A stretch of DNA of 64,000 nucleotides from Candidatus Tectimicrobiota bacterium (GCA_016192455.1 JACPUC010000001.1:124001-188000), one strand, 5' to 3'. Shown: positions 20,801 through 31,673, numbered from the stretch's first letter. Translations and numbers: made by a program. The notes: a model not told the origin generated them from the sequence alone.

Positions 20801-21955
20801 ATGGACTTTACCTTCTCCCCTGAGCTCGAGCGCCTGCGCCAGACCATGCGCGCCTTCACCGAGCAGGAGGTGAAGCCGCTGGCCGGGCAGATCGATCGGC
20901 GGGGCGAAGTCCCCCGGGGCCTCATCGCGCGCCTGGCGGAGCTTGGGTGCTTCGGGCTCCCCTTCCCGACGGAGTATGGCGGCGGCGGCCTGGGAGAGCT
21001 GGGCTACTGCGTCATGATGGAGGAGCTGGGGCACGGCTGCGCCTCGGTCTCCGCTACCGTCGCGGCGCACGTCAGCATCGGCGTCACGGCGATCGCCCTG
21101 GATGGCGGCGAGGCGCTGAAGCGCGCCTACCTGCCGGCCCTCTGCCGCGGTGAGAAGCTGGCGGCGTACGCCCTCACCGAGGCAGGCGCCGGCTCCGACG
21201 CCGGGGCCATGCGCACCGCGGCGCGGGACGCGGGCGAGGCGTTCCTCCTGAACGGCGAGAAGATGTTCATCACCAACGGCGGCTTCGCCGACGTCATCAC
21301 CACCTTCGCCGTCACCGACGCCGCCAAGCGCAGCCGCGGCGGCATCACCTGCTTTGTCGTCGAGGCGGCCTGGCCGGGGGTCTCCACGGCGAGCGTCGGC
21401 GAGAAGATGGGGCTGCGCGGCTCGAGCACCACGTTCGTGCGTTACGACAACGTCCGCGTGCCGAAGGAAAACGTCGTCGGGCAGGTCGGCGCAGGCTTCC
21501 GCACCGCCATGCGCACCCAGGACATCGGCCGACTCAGCATCGCGGCTACCGCTCTCGGCGCGACGAAGGAAGTGCTCGCTTTGTGCCGCGCGCACGCCGC
21601 CCAGCAGCCGTACCGCGGTAAGCCCCTGGCTGAGCAGCAGATCATTCAATTCATGCTGGCGGACATCGCCGCGAACGTCTACGCCATCGAGAGCATGCTC
21701 TACCGCTGCGCCTGGATGGCGGATGCGGGGATGCCGTTCACGCGCGAAGCCTCCATCACCAAGATGCTCGCCTCCGACATGCAGGACCGCGTCATCGACC
21801 TGGGGCTGCAAATCCAGGGAGCGGCGGGAGTCCGCGTCGGGTCCACCCTGGAACGCTTCTATCGGGATGCTCGCATCAGCCGCATCTTCGAAGGGACGAA
21901 CGAGATTCAGCGGCTTGTCATCGCGCGCGACGTGCTGCAGCGCGGCGCTGGCTAG
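20801..21955 (+). CDS. Acyl-CoA dehydrogenase
   Basis: YALTEAGAGSD, LNGEKMFITNG, KMGLRGS, RIFEGTNEIQR. Confidence 0.95.
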   Translation: MDFTFSPELERLRQTMRAFTEQEVKPLAGQIDRRGEVPRGLIARLAELGCFGLPFPTEYGGGGLGELGYCVMMEELGHGCASVSATVAAHVSIGVTAIALDGGEALKRAYLPALCRGEKLAAYALTEAGAGSDAGAMRTAARDAGEAFLLNGEKMFITNGGFADVITTFAVTDAAKRSRGGITCFVVEAAWPGVSTASVGEKMGLRGSSTTFVRYDNVRVPKENVVGQVGAGFRTAMRTQDIGRLSIAATALGATKEVLALCRAHAAQQPYRGKPLAEQQIIQFMLADIAANVYAIESMLYRCAWMADAGMPFTREASITKMLASDMQDRVIDLGLQIQGAAGVRVGSTLERFYRDARISRIFEGTNEIQRLVIARDVLQRGAG

Positions 21956-22098
21956 CTCCGCCCAGGGAGCGGCGCGGCACCACAGCGGGGACAGGCGGGA
22001 ACGCTCGGCGCCCGTGCTGATCTCGTTCAACCGCGTTGTGACTTAAGGTGTGAAGCGAAGGGATGTAAGGCAAGGCGAGGAGCGCTGAGGAGGCGCAG

Positions 22099-25000
22099 GT
22101 GAAGAAACTGGCCATCAGCACGGGCATTGTCCTCCTCCTCCTCGTGGCCGCCGTGGCCCTTCTGCCGTTCCTCGTCAGCCTTGATGCCTATCGGGACTTC
22201 GTCGTCTCGCAAGCGGAGGAGTACCTCGGTCGCCCGCTCAGTGTGGGGGAGATGCGGCTGGCATTGTGGCGCGGCGCGGGGATCGAGCTGCGGGATGTGC
22301 GGATGGGAAATGCCGCCGGCTTCTCGGCGACGGACGCGCTGCGCCTGAAGCGCCTCCACCTCGGTTTCAAGCCTCTCCCCCTGCTGCGCGGTATCGTCAC
22401 CCTGCAGAGCGTCCTCATCGAGCGCCTGGTGCTCCTGATCGAGATTGCTCCGGACGGCCAGACGAACTTCTCCGACCTGCTGCGGCAGCTCTCCGCCGCG
22501 TCCTCCCAGAATCCCCGCTCGGCGGCTGTCCTGCCCGCCGCCGGTCGGGTCCTCACCTTCGCCGATCCCTCTCCCCAGAGCTCATTCCTCAGCAGCGTGA
22601 CGTTCGAGAAGCTGCGGCTGCGGAACGCCACCCTCGTGCTGCGCCAGTCCGCCCACTCTTGGGCCCCAACACTGGAGCGTCAGGTTCGCCGCATCGATCT
22701 CACCGCCGGCCCATTCGCCTTTGGAGCGACGCTGCCCGTCACGCTGGCCGCCCTGCTGGGGAGCCGCGGCAGCCAGAACCTGCGCCTGCAGGGCACGCTG
22801 AAAGGCCTGACCCCGGACTTCGCCCTCGCCCCTCTGGTGGTGGATGGAACGCTGAAGCTGGAGAAACTGCCGCTTCCCTGGCTGGCGGGGATGCTGGGCA
22901 AGCCCCTGCCCGTGAGCGCGGGCCTCCTGACGCTGAGCACAAAGTTCGAGGGGAGCGTGGCTCGACGCTTTCGCCTGCGCGGGTCGATGCGCGCGGAAGA
23001 CCTGGCCGGCAGCCTGGGTGCGTCCGGCGTGCAGTTCCCGCGCTCCGTGGGCCTTACCTACGATCTCCAGTACCTCGTCCCGGAGCAGCGCCTGCGCCTT
23101 GAGCCGTCCACCCTCAGCCTCGACAGTCAACGCCTCTCCCTCCGGGGCAGCGTGGAGCGTCTAGGCAGCGCGCCGCGCCTTGACCTCGCCATGAAGGGAG
23201 AGTCGATCGTGGTGGAGCGCCTCCTGGCGGAGAACCCTTCCTTTGCCCGGATGGTTCAGGGCTTTCTCGAGGTGCAGGGAGCAGCCCGCGTCGCCGCCAG
23301 TCTGCAAGGAGAGCTGCACGCATGGGCGGGGCGTGCCGAGGTGGACCTGCAGGCCGCCGAGCTGCGCTCCGGCTCGATCCTCAGCAAGCGACACGGCCAA
23401 CCCGCCAGGCTCGCGGTGCAGGTGAGCGGCGGAGGCGGCCGGGTGCAGATTCAGGAGTTGGCGCTCGCGCTGCCGCCGCTTGCCGTCCGCGCGCAGGGGA
23501 GCCTGCAGCCGGCGCACTGGGCGCTGCGCGGCACGGCCGCCGCGGGCGAGCCAGGCAGAGGGAAGAGCGGGGCGGTGCTGGAGGAGCTTGTCGCGCTGCT
23601 GCCGTTCCTCAAGGCCGTCCTCCCGCCGGGCCTGTCCCTCGATGGTCCGCTCGCCTTCCGCTTCGGCCTGCAGGGGAAACCGAGCCAGCTCAAGCTCTCG
23701 GCAACGTTCGATGGCACGCCCGCCTCGGTGCGGTACAAGGAAGTGCTCCACAAACCGGCGGGTCTCCCCGCCGCCATCTCCATGGAGGGCGAGGTCGGCG
23801 CCGACTCCCTCAGCCTCGCGCCTCTGCGGGTTGCATTCGGCGCTTTCGAGATGGAGGGATCGGGCCGCCTCGAGAACTTTGCCTCCCCCTTCCTGAAGCT
23901 CACCCTGCGCAGCAACCGCCTCGAGGTGATGCGTCTCACCCCCATGTTGCCGGGCCTCGGGGACCGCCACCTCACCGGCGCCGTGCACCTGCGGCTCTCC
24001 GCGCAGGGGCCGCTCGATGCCGCGGCCTGGGGGACCGAGGCGCCGCAGCTCGATGGCCGCCTGGAGCTGCTCGGCATCGGCCCGCTCGAGGAGAGCCGGG
24101 CGCTGTTGCATGGCTTCGGCCTGACCTTGCCGCCGCACCTGCGGCTTGCCGGCAAATTGAGCGGCAACCTGAGCGCCGCAACCCAGCCGAGCGGCCTGCA
24201 GGTGCGCAGCGATCTGGACCTCCGCGATGCGGCGCTCAGCTACGCGGAGCTCTTCGCCAAGCCCGCGGGTCTCGCCGGCGGGCTGCGCTTCGCGGGCGCC
24301 CTGAAGGGGCCGGACCTTGCCGTCGAGGCGCTGCGTCTCGATCTCGGGGCGGCCGAGGTCGAGGGCAAGGGGGTGGTGCGCAACCTTGGCAATCCGGAGC
24401 TTGACCTCTCTTTCACGGTGACGCTGCGCCCCCCTGCCGCGCGCCCTCCTTCGCCCCCTCCCTCGCCGCTGAAGAAGTCGGCCCTGTCGGGGCGCGGCAC
24501 GCTGAAGGCCCGGCTGCAAGGCCCACTGAACGACCTGTCGCGACTGCGCGGCTCGGGACGGCTGGAGGCTCCCGAGCTCATCGTCTCCGGCGGGCGGTTC
24601 CAGGAGGTGAACGGCGCCGTGGCGCTGGCAGAGGGCATCCTGGAGCTGCGGCCATTCACCTTCCGCGCCTTCGGAGGACGCCAGGAGGGAGAGGTCTCCC
24701 TGCGCCTCACGGAGGCGGAGCCGCAGGTGCGCCTCCGCACCGAGGTTGCCGACATGCGCCTGGGGGAGGTCCTGCGCTCGATGACCAGCCTCGGCGAGCT
24801 GCTGACCGGCACGATGTCGGGGCGCTTCAGTGGCGCCGGCCGCGGCGCTGAGGTCGAGCGCCTGCTGGCCACCCTGAACGGCGCCGGCCAGATCAGCGTG
24901 CGCGATGGGGAGTTGACGAGGTTGAACGTGCTGGAGCAGGCCGCCAAGCTCGCCCAGGCGCTCGGCCTCAAGAGCGGCCCGCAGGCCTCCGGCGGCACGC

Positions 25001-25869
25001 CGTTCCGCGAGCTCAGCACCCCGATCCAGGTGCAGGAGGGCAGGGTGATCACGCCCGCGGTCGTGCTCCGCAGCCGCGACCTCGATGCCGCCGCCAGCGG
25101 CTCCTTTGCTTTCGACCTGACAGGGCAGTATGAGATTGACGTCCTCCTGTCAGCGGAGCTGAGCCGGCGCTTCGGTGGCAAGCTGACGCGCGCCTTGCGC
25201 AACCAGCAGGGCCGCCTCTCCCTTCCCCTCCGCATCAGCGGCGATCTGACGCGCCCGACGATCCGGCCGGGTGAGAAGCTCGCCGAGGCGCTCGCCTCCG
25301 CGATCGCCAGCTCCATTCTCGGCGGCGGCAGCGAAGGGAGTATCTCCGCGCCGGCCGCGGAGTCGGTGAGCAAGCTCGTTGGCTCCCTCCTCGGTGGTAG
25401 CTCGAAGCGAAGTCAGGAGCGCGCCGCCGCTCCCGCCGCCGCCCCGGAGGAAGCCCCGCGGGCGGAACCTCCCCCTTCCGAGGCCAGGCGGGCGGCAACG
25501 GTGGAGCCGCCGGCCCTCGCCATCGCGGCAAGCCCCACGCGCCTGCGGCGCGGCGTCCGCCTCGATCTGACGCTCAGCATCACCCCGGGAGCCACGCCGC
25601 GGCCGGTGGACGGCTACGTCCTCATCGAGCTGCCAAATCAGCAGCGCCTCTTCATCGGGAGTGACGGACGCCTGAGCGAGCAGCCGGTGGCGTTGCGGGC
25701 GCGCTTCCAGCCGCGCTCCTTCTCCGGCTCCATCTTCAGTCACACCATCAGCCAGGAGCCGCCAGGTACGTACAACGTCTACGCCGTCCTCGTCGAGCCT
25801 GGCGGCGATCCCCTGCGGCAAGGGGATTGGGTCTCTCCCCTGGCGACCGCCTCATTTGTCGTCGAGTGA
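22099..25869 (+). CDS. AsmA family (bridge-like lipid transfer) protein with an extra C-terminal domain
   Basis: N-terminal TM helix followed by AsmA_N (LGRPLSVG...DGQTNFSDL); C-terminal LPLRISGDLTRP motif. Confidence 0.85.
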   Translation: MKKLAISTGIVLLLLVAAVALLPFLVSLDAYRDFVVSQAEEYLGRPLSVGEMRLALWRGAGIELRDVRMGNAAGFSATDALRLKRLHLGFKPLPLLRGIVTLQSVLIERLVLLIEIAPDGQTNFSDLLRQLSAASSQNPRSAAVLPAAGRVLTFADPSPQSSFLSSVTFEKLRLRNATLVLRQSAHSWAPTLERQVRRIDLTAGPFAFGATLPVTLAALLGSRGSQNLRLQGTLKGLTPDFALAPLVVDGTLKLEKLPLPWLAGMLGKPLPVSAGLLTLSTKFEGSVARRFRLRGSMRAEDLAGSLGASGVQFPRSVGLTYDLQYLVPEQRLRLEPSTLSLDSQRLSLRGSVERLGSAPRLDLAMKGESIVVERLLAENPSFARMVQGFLEVQGAARVAASLQGELHAWAGRAEVDLQAAELRSGSILSKRHGQPARLAVQVSGGGGRVQIQELALALPPLAVRAQGSLQPAHWALRGTAAAGEPGRGKSGAVLEELVALLPFLKAVLPPGLSLDGPLAFRFGLQGKPSQLKLSATFDGTPASVRYKEVLHKPAGLPAAISMEGEVGADSLSLAPLRVAFGAFEMEGSGRLENFASPFLKLTLRSNRLEVMRLTPMLPGLGDRHLTGAVHLRLSAQGPLDAAAWGTEAPQLDGRLELLGIGPLEESRALLHGFGLTLPPHLRLAGKLSGNLSAATQPSGLQVRSDLDLRDAALSYAELFAKPAGLAGGLRFAGALKGPDLAVEALRLDLGAAEVEGKGVVRNLGNPELDLSFTVTLRPPAARPPSPPPSPLKKSALSGRGTLKARLQGPLNDLSRLRGSGRLEAPELIVSGGRFQEVNGAVALAEGILELRPFTFRAFGGRQEGEVSLRLTEAEPQVRLRTEVADMRLGEVLRSMTSLGELLTGTMSGRFSGAGRGAEVERLLATLNGAGQISVRDGELTRLNVLEQAAKLAQALGLKSGPQASGGTPFRELSTPIQVQEGRVITPAVVLRSRDLDAAASGSFAFDLTGQYEIDVLLSAELSRRFGGKLTRALRNQQGRLSLPLRISGDLTRPTIRPGEKLAEALASAIASSILGGGSEGSISAPAAESVSKLVGSLLGGSSKRSQERAAAPAAAPEEAPRAEPPPSEARRAATVEPPALAIAASPTRLRRGVRLDLTLSITPGATPRPVDGYVLIELPNQQRLFIGSDGRLSEQPVALRARFQPRSFSGSIFSHTISQEPPGTYNVYAVLVEPGGDPLRQGDWVSPLATASFVVE

Positions 25870-25922
25870 AGCGTCGCTGCATGAGCCGGCATCCCGCGCC
25901 GGCAGATGGTGAGGGAGGCATC

Positions 25923-26231
25923 ATGTTCGTGGTGGAGTTCAGCATTGCGCCCTTCGGCAAAGGTGAGAGCGTCAGCCCGTGGGTGGCGAAGGCCGTGGAG
26001 ATCGTGGAAGCCAGCGGCCTCGACTACCGCTTGAACCCGATGGGGACGATCCTGGAAGGCGACTGGGAGGAGGTCTTCGACACCATCCGCAAGTGCTGGG
26101 AGGCGCTCGAACAGGACTGCGACCGGGTGCAGCTCATCATCAAGGCCGACTGGCGGCGCGGCGCCGCGGGCCGCCTGCTGAGCAAGATCGCCGCGGTCGA
26201 AGAGAAGCTGGGACACAAGGTGAAGACGTAG
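25923..26231 (+). CDS. MTH1187/YqgV family thiamine-binding protein
   Basis: EFSIAPFGKGESVSPWVA...YRLNPMGTILEGDWEEV; GGAGG RBS. Confidence 0.92.
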   Translation: MFVVEFSIAPFGKGESVSPWVAKAVEIVEASGLDYRLNPMGTILEGDWEEVFDTIRKCWEALEQDCDRVQLIIKADWRRGAAGRLLSKIAAVEEKLGHKVKT

Positions 26232-26322
26232 CGAGCAGCTCCCCGCCGGCGGCAGGAGGTTGAGGTGGCGACGCTCGACGTCGCTGGCTGAGCGCGGGCC
26301 GGGGCGCGCGTATTGCCCCCGC

Positions 26323-27420
26323 CTACGGCTGCGGAAGCGCCGCGCCGCGCTCTTCCCTGAGGCATTGCGCGAGTCGGCGCAGCCCCTCCTCGAGCATCGG
26401 GGTCTCGCCGCCGCAGCTCAGGCGGAACGCCGTCGGCTCGCCGAAGACGTCGCCGGGAACGACGCGCGTGTCGTAGGCGGCCGCCAGCCGCTGCACGAAG
26501 GGGCGCGCCGGGGCATTTCCCGGCAGGTATGGGAAGAAGATCGGCCCGGCTTCCGGGCGGTAGCAGGAGAGGCCCGGCTGCCGCGCCAGGAACTCAAGCG
26601 CTAGACGCCGGTTCCGCTCCAGGGCGCTCCGCGACCAGGCATCGAGGCGGTCCGCGTGCGCCAGGAGGGTGAGGGCAACCTCTTCCGTCGGTGCCGGGTT
26701 CGACACGTGGCAGACCATGGCCGCCTCGACGATGCTGCGGCAGAGCGGCGCGGCCGCCACCACCCAGCCGACTCGCAGGCTCGACAGCCCCCACACCTTG
26801 GTGAGCGTATCGACGCTGAGACAGTGCGGGCCGAACCGCGCCAGCGGCGGCAGCGCCGGTTGGAACCGCCGGTAGGCTTCATCGCAGAGGACCCACGCCC
26901 CTGCCCGCCGCGCGATCTCGGCGATGGCGGCCAGCCTGTCGCCGCCGAGCGCCGCGCCGGAAGGGTTGTGGAGGTTCGTCAAGACGATGAGCTTGCAGCC
27001 CGGGGCCGCGGCGGCGAGCGCCTCGAGGTCCGGCTGGTAGCCGGCGGCGCGGGGCCGAGGGAAGCGGCGCACCCCGGCGCCGAGGGCGCGCGGCACGGCG
27101 ACGAGCGGATCGTAGGCCGGCTCCTCGACGAGGGCCACGTCTCCCGGCTCGAGCAGCGCCGCGAAGACGAGGAAGTTCGTCATCGAGGCGCCGAGGCTCA
27201 CCACCACCTCCTCCGCTCCCACGCCGTAGCGCGCCCCGAGGGCGGCGCGCAGTTCCCCGGCGCCGCCGACCGCGCCGGGTCGGAGCCGCAGCGGCGGCGT
27301 CTCAATGCCGAGCTCCGCCAGGTTCGGGGTGGGCGCGTCACTCTTGGCCAGATCGTAGGAGACCGCCGCGGCCTGCTCGAAGCAGAACCAGCGCAGGATG
27401 TCGGGCGCCGCGAAACGCAT
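26323..27420 (-). CDS. PLP-dependent class I/II aminotransferase
   Basis: TNLHNPSG, LCDEAY, TLTKVWGLSSLRVGW. Confidence 0.9.
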   Translation of the reverse strand: MRFAAPDILRWFCFEQAAAVSYDLAKSDAPTPNLAELGIETPPLRLRPGAVGGAGELRAALGARYGVGAEEVVVSLGASMTNFLVFAALLEPGDVALVEEPAYDPLVAVPRALGAGVRRFPRPRAAGYQPDLEALAAAAPGCKLIVLTNLHNPSGAALGGDRLAAIAEIARRAGAWVLCDEAYRRFQPALPPLARFGPHCLSVDTLTKVWGLSSLRVGWVVAAAPLCRSIVEAAMVCHVSNPAPTEEVALTLLAHADRLDAWSRSALERNRRLALEFLARQPGLSCYRPEAGPIFFPYLPGNAPARPFVQRLAAAYDTRVVPGDVFGEPTAFRLSCGGETPMLEEGLRRLAQCLREERGAALPQP

Positions 27421-27603
27421 CGGTTCTCTCTCCCCACCTTGTCTTGCCTGCCTCGCTGCGCGGAGAGCCACCCCTCGCCGCCATGAAGCGCGGCTTGCCT
27501 GGCAGCCCCGTCTCGCGTAGAGTGCGGCGCGAAGGGATGAGATGCGCGCGGCGGCCCGCCGGGGGGGTCGTGCTCGCTCCGCGCCGCGCCCTCAGGTGCC
27601 GCG

Positions 27604-28356
27604 ATGCCTCCGTCCCACCGTCTCCTGCTGGTGAAAGCGCATCCCGACGATGAGTCCTACGGCCATGCCGGGCTCATCTTGCGGTGCCGCCAGCGTCGCA
27701 TCCCCGTGGCGCTCGTCTGCGCCACGCGGGGCGAAGCCGGCATCACCCCGGGCATGCTGCCGGCCGGCGAAGAGGCCGGCGCCCTGCGGCTGCGCGAGCT
27801 GGCGGCGGCGCGTCAGGTTCTTGGACTGCAGCGGGTTGAGGTCATCGGTGTGCCGGACGGGCAGAGCGAGCGCTGGGACCTGCCGCTGGTGCGCAACCAC
27901 GTCGCCCGCGCCATGCGCGCCTTCCGTCCGACGGTCGTCGCGACTTTTGGCCCCGAGGGTGTGACGGGGCATCCCGACCACATCACCATCGGCCGCGTCG
28001 CCACCGAGGTCTTCTTCGAGCTGCGGGCGCAGTGGCACACGGAGCACACGCTCGCGGACGGCTCCCTGGGCCGGCTCTACCACGTGGCGGTGCCGAAAGA
28101 GTTTGAACGTCGCCGCCCCGGGGAGTTGCGCGGCCGCGGCGACATCACCACCATCCTTGATGTCTCCGACCTCTGGGAGCAGAAACGCGACGCGCTGCGG
28201 TGTCACGCCAGTCAGACGCGGCACGTCGACCTGGAGGATCCTGCCCTGCGGGAGGCGCTCAGCCGGGAGCACCTCGTGCGCGTCTTCCCTCCCCCGCCTG
28301 CCGGTCTGCGCGAAACCGATCTTTTTTCCGAATCGGATCTCTCGCTCATCACTTGA
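27604..28356 (+). CDS. PIG-L/LmbE family deacetylase (MshB/BshB-like)
   Basis: AHPDDES, ATRGEAG, GHPDH, HASQ. Confidence 0.9.
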   Translation: MPPSHRLLLVKAHPDDESYGHAGLILRCRQRRIPVALVCATRGEAGITPGMLPAGEEAGALRLRELAAARQVLGLQRVEVIGVPDGQSERWDLPLVRNHVARAMRAFRPTVVATFGPEGVTGHPDHITIGRVATEVFFELRAQWHTEHTLADGSLGRLYHVAVPKEFERRRPGELRGRGDITTILDVSDLWEQKRDALRCHASQTRHVDLEDPALREALSREHLVRVFPPPPAGLRETDLFSESDLSLIT

Positions 28357-28597
28357 GCTGGGCGCCAGTCCGCTCGGCGCCGCCCGTTGCAGGGGGTGCC
28401 CGCCGGGTAAGGCAGCGGGGCGCCCCGCGCGGCGACCGGGCTCGTCCCGTGCTGGTTGGTGGCTTGGGAATCCCTCCTCGCGAGCAGGTGCGACAGCGGC
28501 GAAGTAGACCAGGGCGAAGGGGGCGATCGCGGCAGGGAAGCGGAGAGGAGGGGAGAGCGGCGGCGTACCGTGGCGCTCGTGACGGCGGAGCCGACGC

Positions 28598-29572
28598 TTA
28601 CTCTTGGCGCTCGATGACGTAGTTCGCCACGGCCATGAGCGGCTCGGAGTCGCCGTTCGCGTTGTACGGCTTGAGGGCCTCGCAGGCGGCGTCGGCATAG
28701 GCGCGGGCGCGTCCCAGGACCTCCTCGATGATATGGTAGCGCTCCATGTACTCGATGACGGTGGCCAAGTCACGCTTGTCAACCCGCTCCGCCTCCATCA
28801 GCCCGTTCAGGAAGGCTCGTTCCTGCGGGGAGGCCTGGGCATGGAGGAGGATGAGCGGCAGGGTCACGTTCGCCTCTTCCAGGTCTTTGCCGATGGATTT
28901 CCCCAGCCGGTCCTCATGCGCCACGTAATCGAGAGCGTCGTCGACGAGCTGGAAGGCGAGACCGATGTTGCGGCCGTAAGCTCGCAACGCCGCCGCGGCC
29001 CCCGCGTCGAGCTGGCCGAGGTAGGCGCCGATCTCGCAGCACGACTCGAACAGGGCGGCCGTCTTGCGGTAGACGACGTCGAGGTACTCCTCCTCGGCGA
29101 TCTGGAGGTTGCCGTGATTGACCAGCTCGAGCACCTCTCCTTCCGCCATGTGGCAGGAGGCCTGCGACAGGGAGGTGAGAACTTCGGGCACGTTCTCCTT
29201 CGCAAGCAGGGCGAACGACTTGGCAAAGAGGAAATCGCCCACCAACACGCTTGCCTCGTTGCCCCAGTTCGAGTTGGCGGAGGGGCCGCCGCGCCGCAGC
29301 TCAGCTTCATCGACCACGTCGTCGTGCAGGAGACTGGCAAGGTGGATGAACTCGACCACGCAGGAGTAAGTGATCGCGCGCGCCCCCGCGTACCCCGCGA
29401 ACCGCGAGCTCAGCAACACCATGATCGGGCGCAGGCGCTTCCCACCGTTATTGGAGAGGTAGTTCCCAATCGTGGGGATGAGGGCCACGTCGGACTCGAA
29501 GTTTGCCCGGATGGCTTCGCTCACTCGCTCCAGATCGTCCCGTACAAGCTCGAGCACATCGTTGAACTGCAT
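28598..29572 (-). CDS. ispB: Polyprenyl (octaprenyl-like) diphosphate synthase
   Basis: GGKRLRP, LLHDDVVD and FQLVDDALD aspartate-rich motifs. Confidence 0.88.
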   Translation of the reverse strand: MQFNDVLELVRDDLERVSEAIRANFESDVALIPTIGNYLSNNGGKRLRPIMVLLSSRFAGYAGARAITYSCVVEFIHLASLLHDDVVDEAELRRGGPSANSNWGNEASVLVGDFLFAKSFALLAKENVPEVLTSLSQASCHMAEGEVLELVNHGNLQIAEEEYLDVVYRKTAALFESCCEIGAYLGQLDAGAAAALRAYGRNIGLAFQLVDDALDYVAHEDRLGKSIGKDLEEANVTLPLILLHAQASPQERAFLNGLMEAERVDKRDLATVIEYMERYHIIEEVLGRARAYADAACEALKPYNANGDSEPLMAVANYVIERQE

Positions 29573-29847
29573 GAAGGCTCCGCTCTCACCGTCCCGGGAT
29601 ACGCCATGCGGGGAGTGGCTGTGAGGGTATTCGCTCAATTGTCAGAGATATGAGGGAAATAGCCCGCAAAGTCAAGGAGCTTCTCTGCTCGTCCGATACG
29701 CCGCGCCGGCGCCGGGGGCTTCGCCGTCCATGGCGAGGCGGCGAGCCGGAAGCCGCGTTTCCGCCTCGCCCCGACAACCCATGCCGCCCGGGGCTGCGGC
29801 CGCCTCCGCTGCCTGGCTCGGCCGCGGCGCCGCGTGCCGCCCTCGGC

Positions 29848-30834
29848 TCAGCCCGAGCCCGCGGTCATCTCCGCAACCATGGCGCAGATCAAGCCCTCGC
29901 GCAGGCCGTAGTCGCTCACCAGCAACTCGGGGAACTCGAATCGTTCCATGATGCGCGCCACGATGGCGGCGCCGCTCACGATGATGTCCTCGCGCCCGGC
30001 CTCCAAGGCCGCGATGGCCTGCCGTTCGGGAAGGCTGAGGCTCTTCAACCAGACGAGGATCTCCTGCACGCGCGCCAGCGTCAGGCGCGTCGCGTTGATG
30101 GTCGCCGCGTCGTAGGCGACGAGCCCCAGGTGCAGCGCCGCCAGGGTGGTGATGGTGCCCGCCGTGCCGATGAGCCGCGCCGCCCGACGGGGCGCTAGCG
30201 CTCGCGCCACAGCGTCGAGCTGCGCGTCGATGGCGGCCAGCAGGCCTGCGTACTCGCGGGCGTCGGTGGGGGCGGTGGTGAGGTGGGTCTCGGTCAGCCC
30301 CACCACGCCGAGCAGGCATGAGGTGGAGGCGACAAGGCGGTCCCCCTCCGTCAGGGTGAACTCCGTGCTGCCGCCGCCGATATCCACGATGAGGCTGAGA
30401 CCGGCGCGGAAGTCGACGGCGCGAGCCACTCCCGCCAGGGTCAGTCGCGCCTCCTCCGCGGCATCAATCACCCGCGGCGCAATTCCGGCCAAACGGCGAT
30501 CGCGGCGCGCCGCCTCCACGAAGTCGGCCTGGTTCACGGCCTCGCGCACCGCGCTCGTCGCCACGACGCGGATAACCCCCGCCTGCGCCCGACGAGCCCG
30601 CTCCGCGAACTCCCCGGCAGCGGCGATGGTACGTTGGATCGCCGCGGCTTGCAAGGTTCGCCCCGGCGTGGCCCCTTCGCCCAGGCGGGTGATGCGTCGC
30701 GCCTCATCCACGATCCGCCAGCTTCCGTCCGGCTGCGGCGCCACCGCCAGGAGGCGCACGGTGTTGGTGCCGATGTCGATGCCGGCAAGCACCCGTCCCG
30801 ATGCCGGCGCGCCAGCTCTCCTTGCCGCTGCCAT
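29848..30834 (-). CDS. Ppx/GppA family phosphatase
   Basis: IDIGTNTVRL, ATSAVREA, EEARL, DIGGGSTE, GLREG. Confidence 0.92.
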   Translation of the reverse strand: MAAARRAGAPASGRVLAGIDIGTNTVRLLAVAPQPDGSWRIVDEARRITRLGEGATPGRTLQAAAIQRTIAAAGEFAERARRAQAGVIRVVATSAVREAVNQADFVEAARRDRRLAGIAPRVIDAAEEARLTLAGVARAVDFRAGLSLIVDIGGGSTEFTLTEGDRLVASTSCLLGVVGLTETHLTTAPTDAREYAGLLAAIDAQLDAVARALAPRRAARLIGTAGTITTLAALHLGLVAYDAATINATRLTLARVQEILVWLKSLSLPERQAIAALEAGREDIIVSGAAIVARIMERFEFPELLVSDYGLREGLICAMVAEMTAGSG

Positions 30835-30932
30835 GCTCCGCCGCACCCCCTGCGCGTCAGCCGAGGAACCATGCTGGAGACGCCGCGAAGGGCGCTCTCC
30901 TGGACGACCTCCCGTCTCCGACGCGGCGGTTC

Positions 30933-31673
30933 TCAGGAGCCGCTCGGATCGCGCCCAGACGGCCTTTTCCGCCCCAGCAGCCGCAGCTTGCCCCAACGCA
31001 CCGAGCGGTGCTCCACCTCGATGCAGCGCTCGAACAACGGCGCCAGCGCGTCGGCAGCGGCAAGCCACTGGTCGTAGGTGGGCTGCTCGTAGTGAATCAT
31101 CGTCGCCAGGGCCGCCAGCTTCGGCCACAGGCGCCGCGCCAGCCGCCGCCGGCAGAGCCAATGGACGAGGGCCAGGAAGGGCGTGCGCCACGGCTCGATG
31201 GCCAGCAGCCAGCCGTCCCGCCGCAGCACCCGGCGCACCTCCGCGAGCGTCGCCGCCACGTCAACCGGGAGACCGGGAAGGTGGTGCAAGCCTCCCAGCA
31301 CGATGACCACATCCACCGATTCAGCCGCGAAGGGGAGCGTGCGGCAGTCACACCGCACGAGCCGCGCCGGGCCGCGGTACCTGCGCAGCAGGGTGGCGGA
31401 GAGGTCGGCGCCGGTGAGATTGGTGAAGCCGAGCTCACGCAGGGCGTGCAGGCCGTTGCCGCGCCCGCAGAAGAGCTCGACGATGGCGGCGTCGCGGCGC
31501 CACCGGCCGACCCCCAGGTTGCGCAGGCGGCGCTTGTAGCGGCGAATCTCCGCCCGCGGCGACTCCAGACTCGTGTAGGCCGCCTCCCAGAGCTCGTCCT
31601 TGCGCCCGCCGTGAGGCTCCGGCGCACGCCCGCCCTCTCCGGAACGGCGGTTGCCGTCACTGCCCGCGATCAT
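30933..31673 (-). CDS. Class I SAM-dependent methyltransferase
   Basis: VELFCGRG, GADLS, LPFAAESVDVV, LHH, EVRRVLR. Confidence 0.85.
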   Translation of the reverse strand: MIAGSDGNRRSGEGGRAPEPHGGRKDELWEAAYTSLESPRAEIRRYKRRLRNLGVGRWRRDAAIVELFCGRGNGLHALRELGFTNLTGADLSATLLRRYRGPARLVRCDCRTLPFAAESVDVVIVLGGLHHLPGLPVDVAATLAEVRRVLRRDGWLLAIEPWRTPFLALVHWLCRRRLARRLWPKLAALATMIHYEQPTYDQWLAAADALAPLFERCIEVEHRSVRWGKLRLLGRKRPSGRDPSGS

